DNA from: Squalus acanthias
Taxonomy: Eukaryota
Assembly: GCA_030390025.1 (NCBI GenBank)
Contig: CM059432.1
Coordinates: 104,720,001-104,784,000 of the forward strand
Length of the DNA stretch: 64,000 nt
Direction: 5' to 3'
The position numbers and the translations under genes were made by a program. The number at the start of each line of letters is the position of its first letter. Position 1 is the stretch's first letter. The notes under the pieces are model-generated. The model ran no database searches and was not told the origin of the DNA. It saw only the letters and a program-made list of their open reading frames with translations. This document shows positions 63,741 through 64,000 of the stretch, in pieces.

Positions 63741-64000
63741 CAGGAAACTCTCGTTTAAACGGCACCTAAATATCCGGAATTCTCTATTAACCGGCAAAAA
63801 TCATACTCCGAAAACTCCTCTCAAATAACCGGCAATGTTGCCGAGTCCGAGTCCGAGTCTCCCGCGAACGCCGAGTTAGTCAGTGGGGGTAGTTCTCCAA
63901 AGTGCCACTACTCGGCTTCCTGGCACTGTCGGAAGTCCGAACACTGCAATAACAGGAGTCTGATTCTCCCGCGCTGCCGGTAGTCTCTTCTGATCCGCCA
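63741..64000. mobile_element. Left end of a Tc1/pogo-type element related to 14357-14720, running off the window
   Basis: TA|CAGGAAACTCTCGTTTAAACGGCACC-TAAATATCCGGAA resembles the left end at 14357. Confidence 0.75.

Overview
Vertebrate genomic DNA, most likely from a cartilaginous fish (inferred from HER1/CR1-type LINEs, SacSINE1/Deu-type SINEs and Penelope-like elements). The only host gene I recognise is MED30 (Mediator subunit 30) on the + strand: coding exons at 13008-13166, 17187-17297 and 29372-29467 (stop). Its first coding exon is not visible and presumably lies upstream. Most other ORFs in the track are fragments of retroelements (CR1-type LINEs, often nested; RTE; a second non-LTR family with a partner SINE; Penelope-like elements), alongside one solo LTR and DNA-transposon MITEs (Tc1/pogo, hAT, PIF/Harbinger). 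There is a 1.8-kb C/T minisatellite and a 500-N gap. Most notable observations: (1) five minimal type I hammerhead-ribozyme motifs in Penelope-derived repeats of two sequence families with fully covarying stems, including a 145-bp mini-element and a 234-bp near-perfect palindrome, each with a 14-bp target-site duplication; (2) a CpG-rich, NRF1-site promoter-like island around the gap inside the last MED30 intron, with signs of an antisense transcript; (3) a diverged, collinear duplicated module at 50.1 and 51.8 kb of unknown nature; (4) a foldback element apparently built from LINE coding sequence. Repeat boundaries are approximate unless TIRs/TSDs are quoted; family names come from motif recognition, not database searches.
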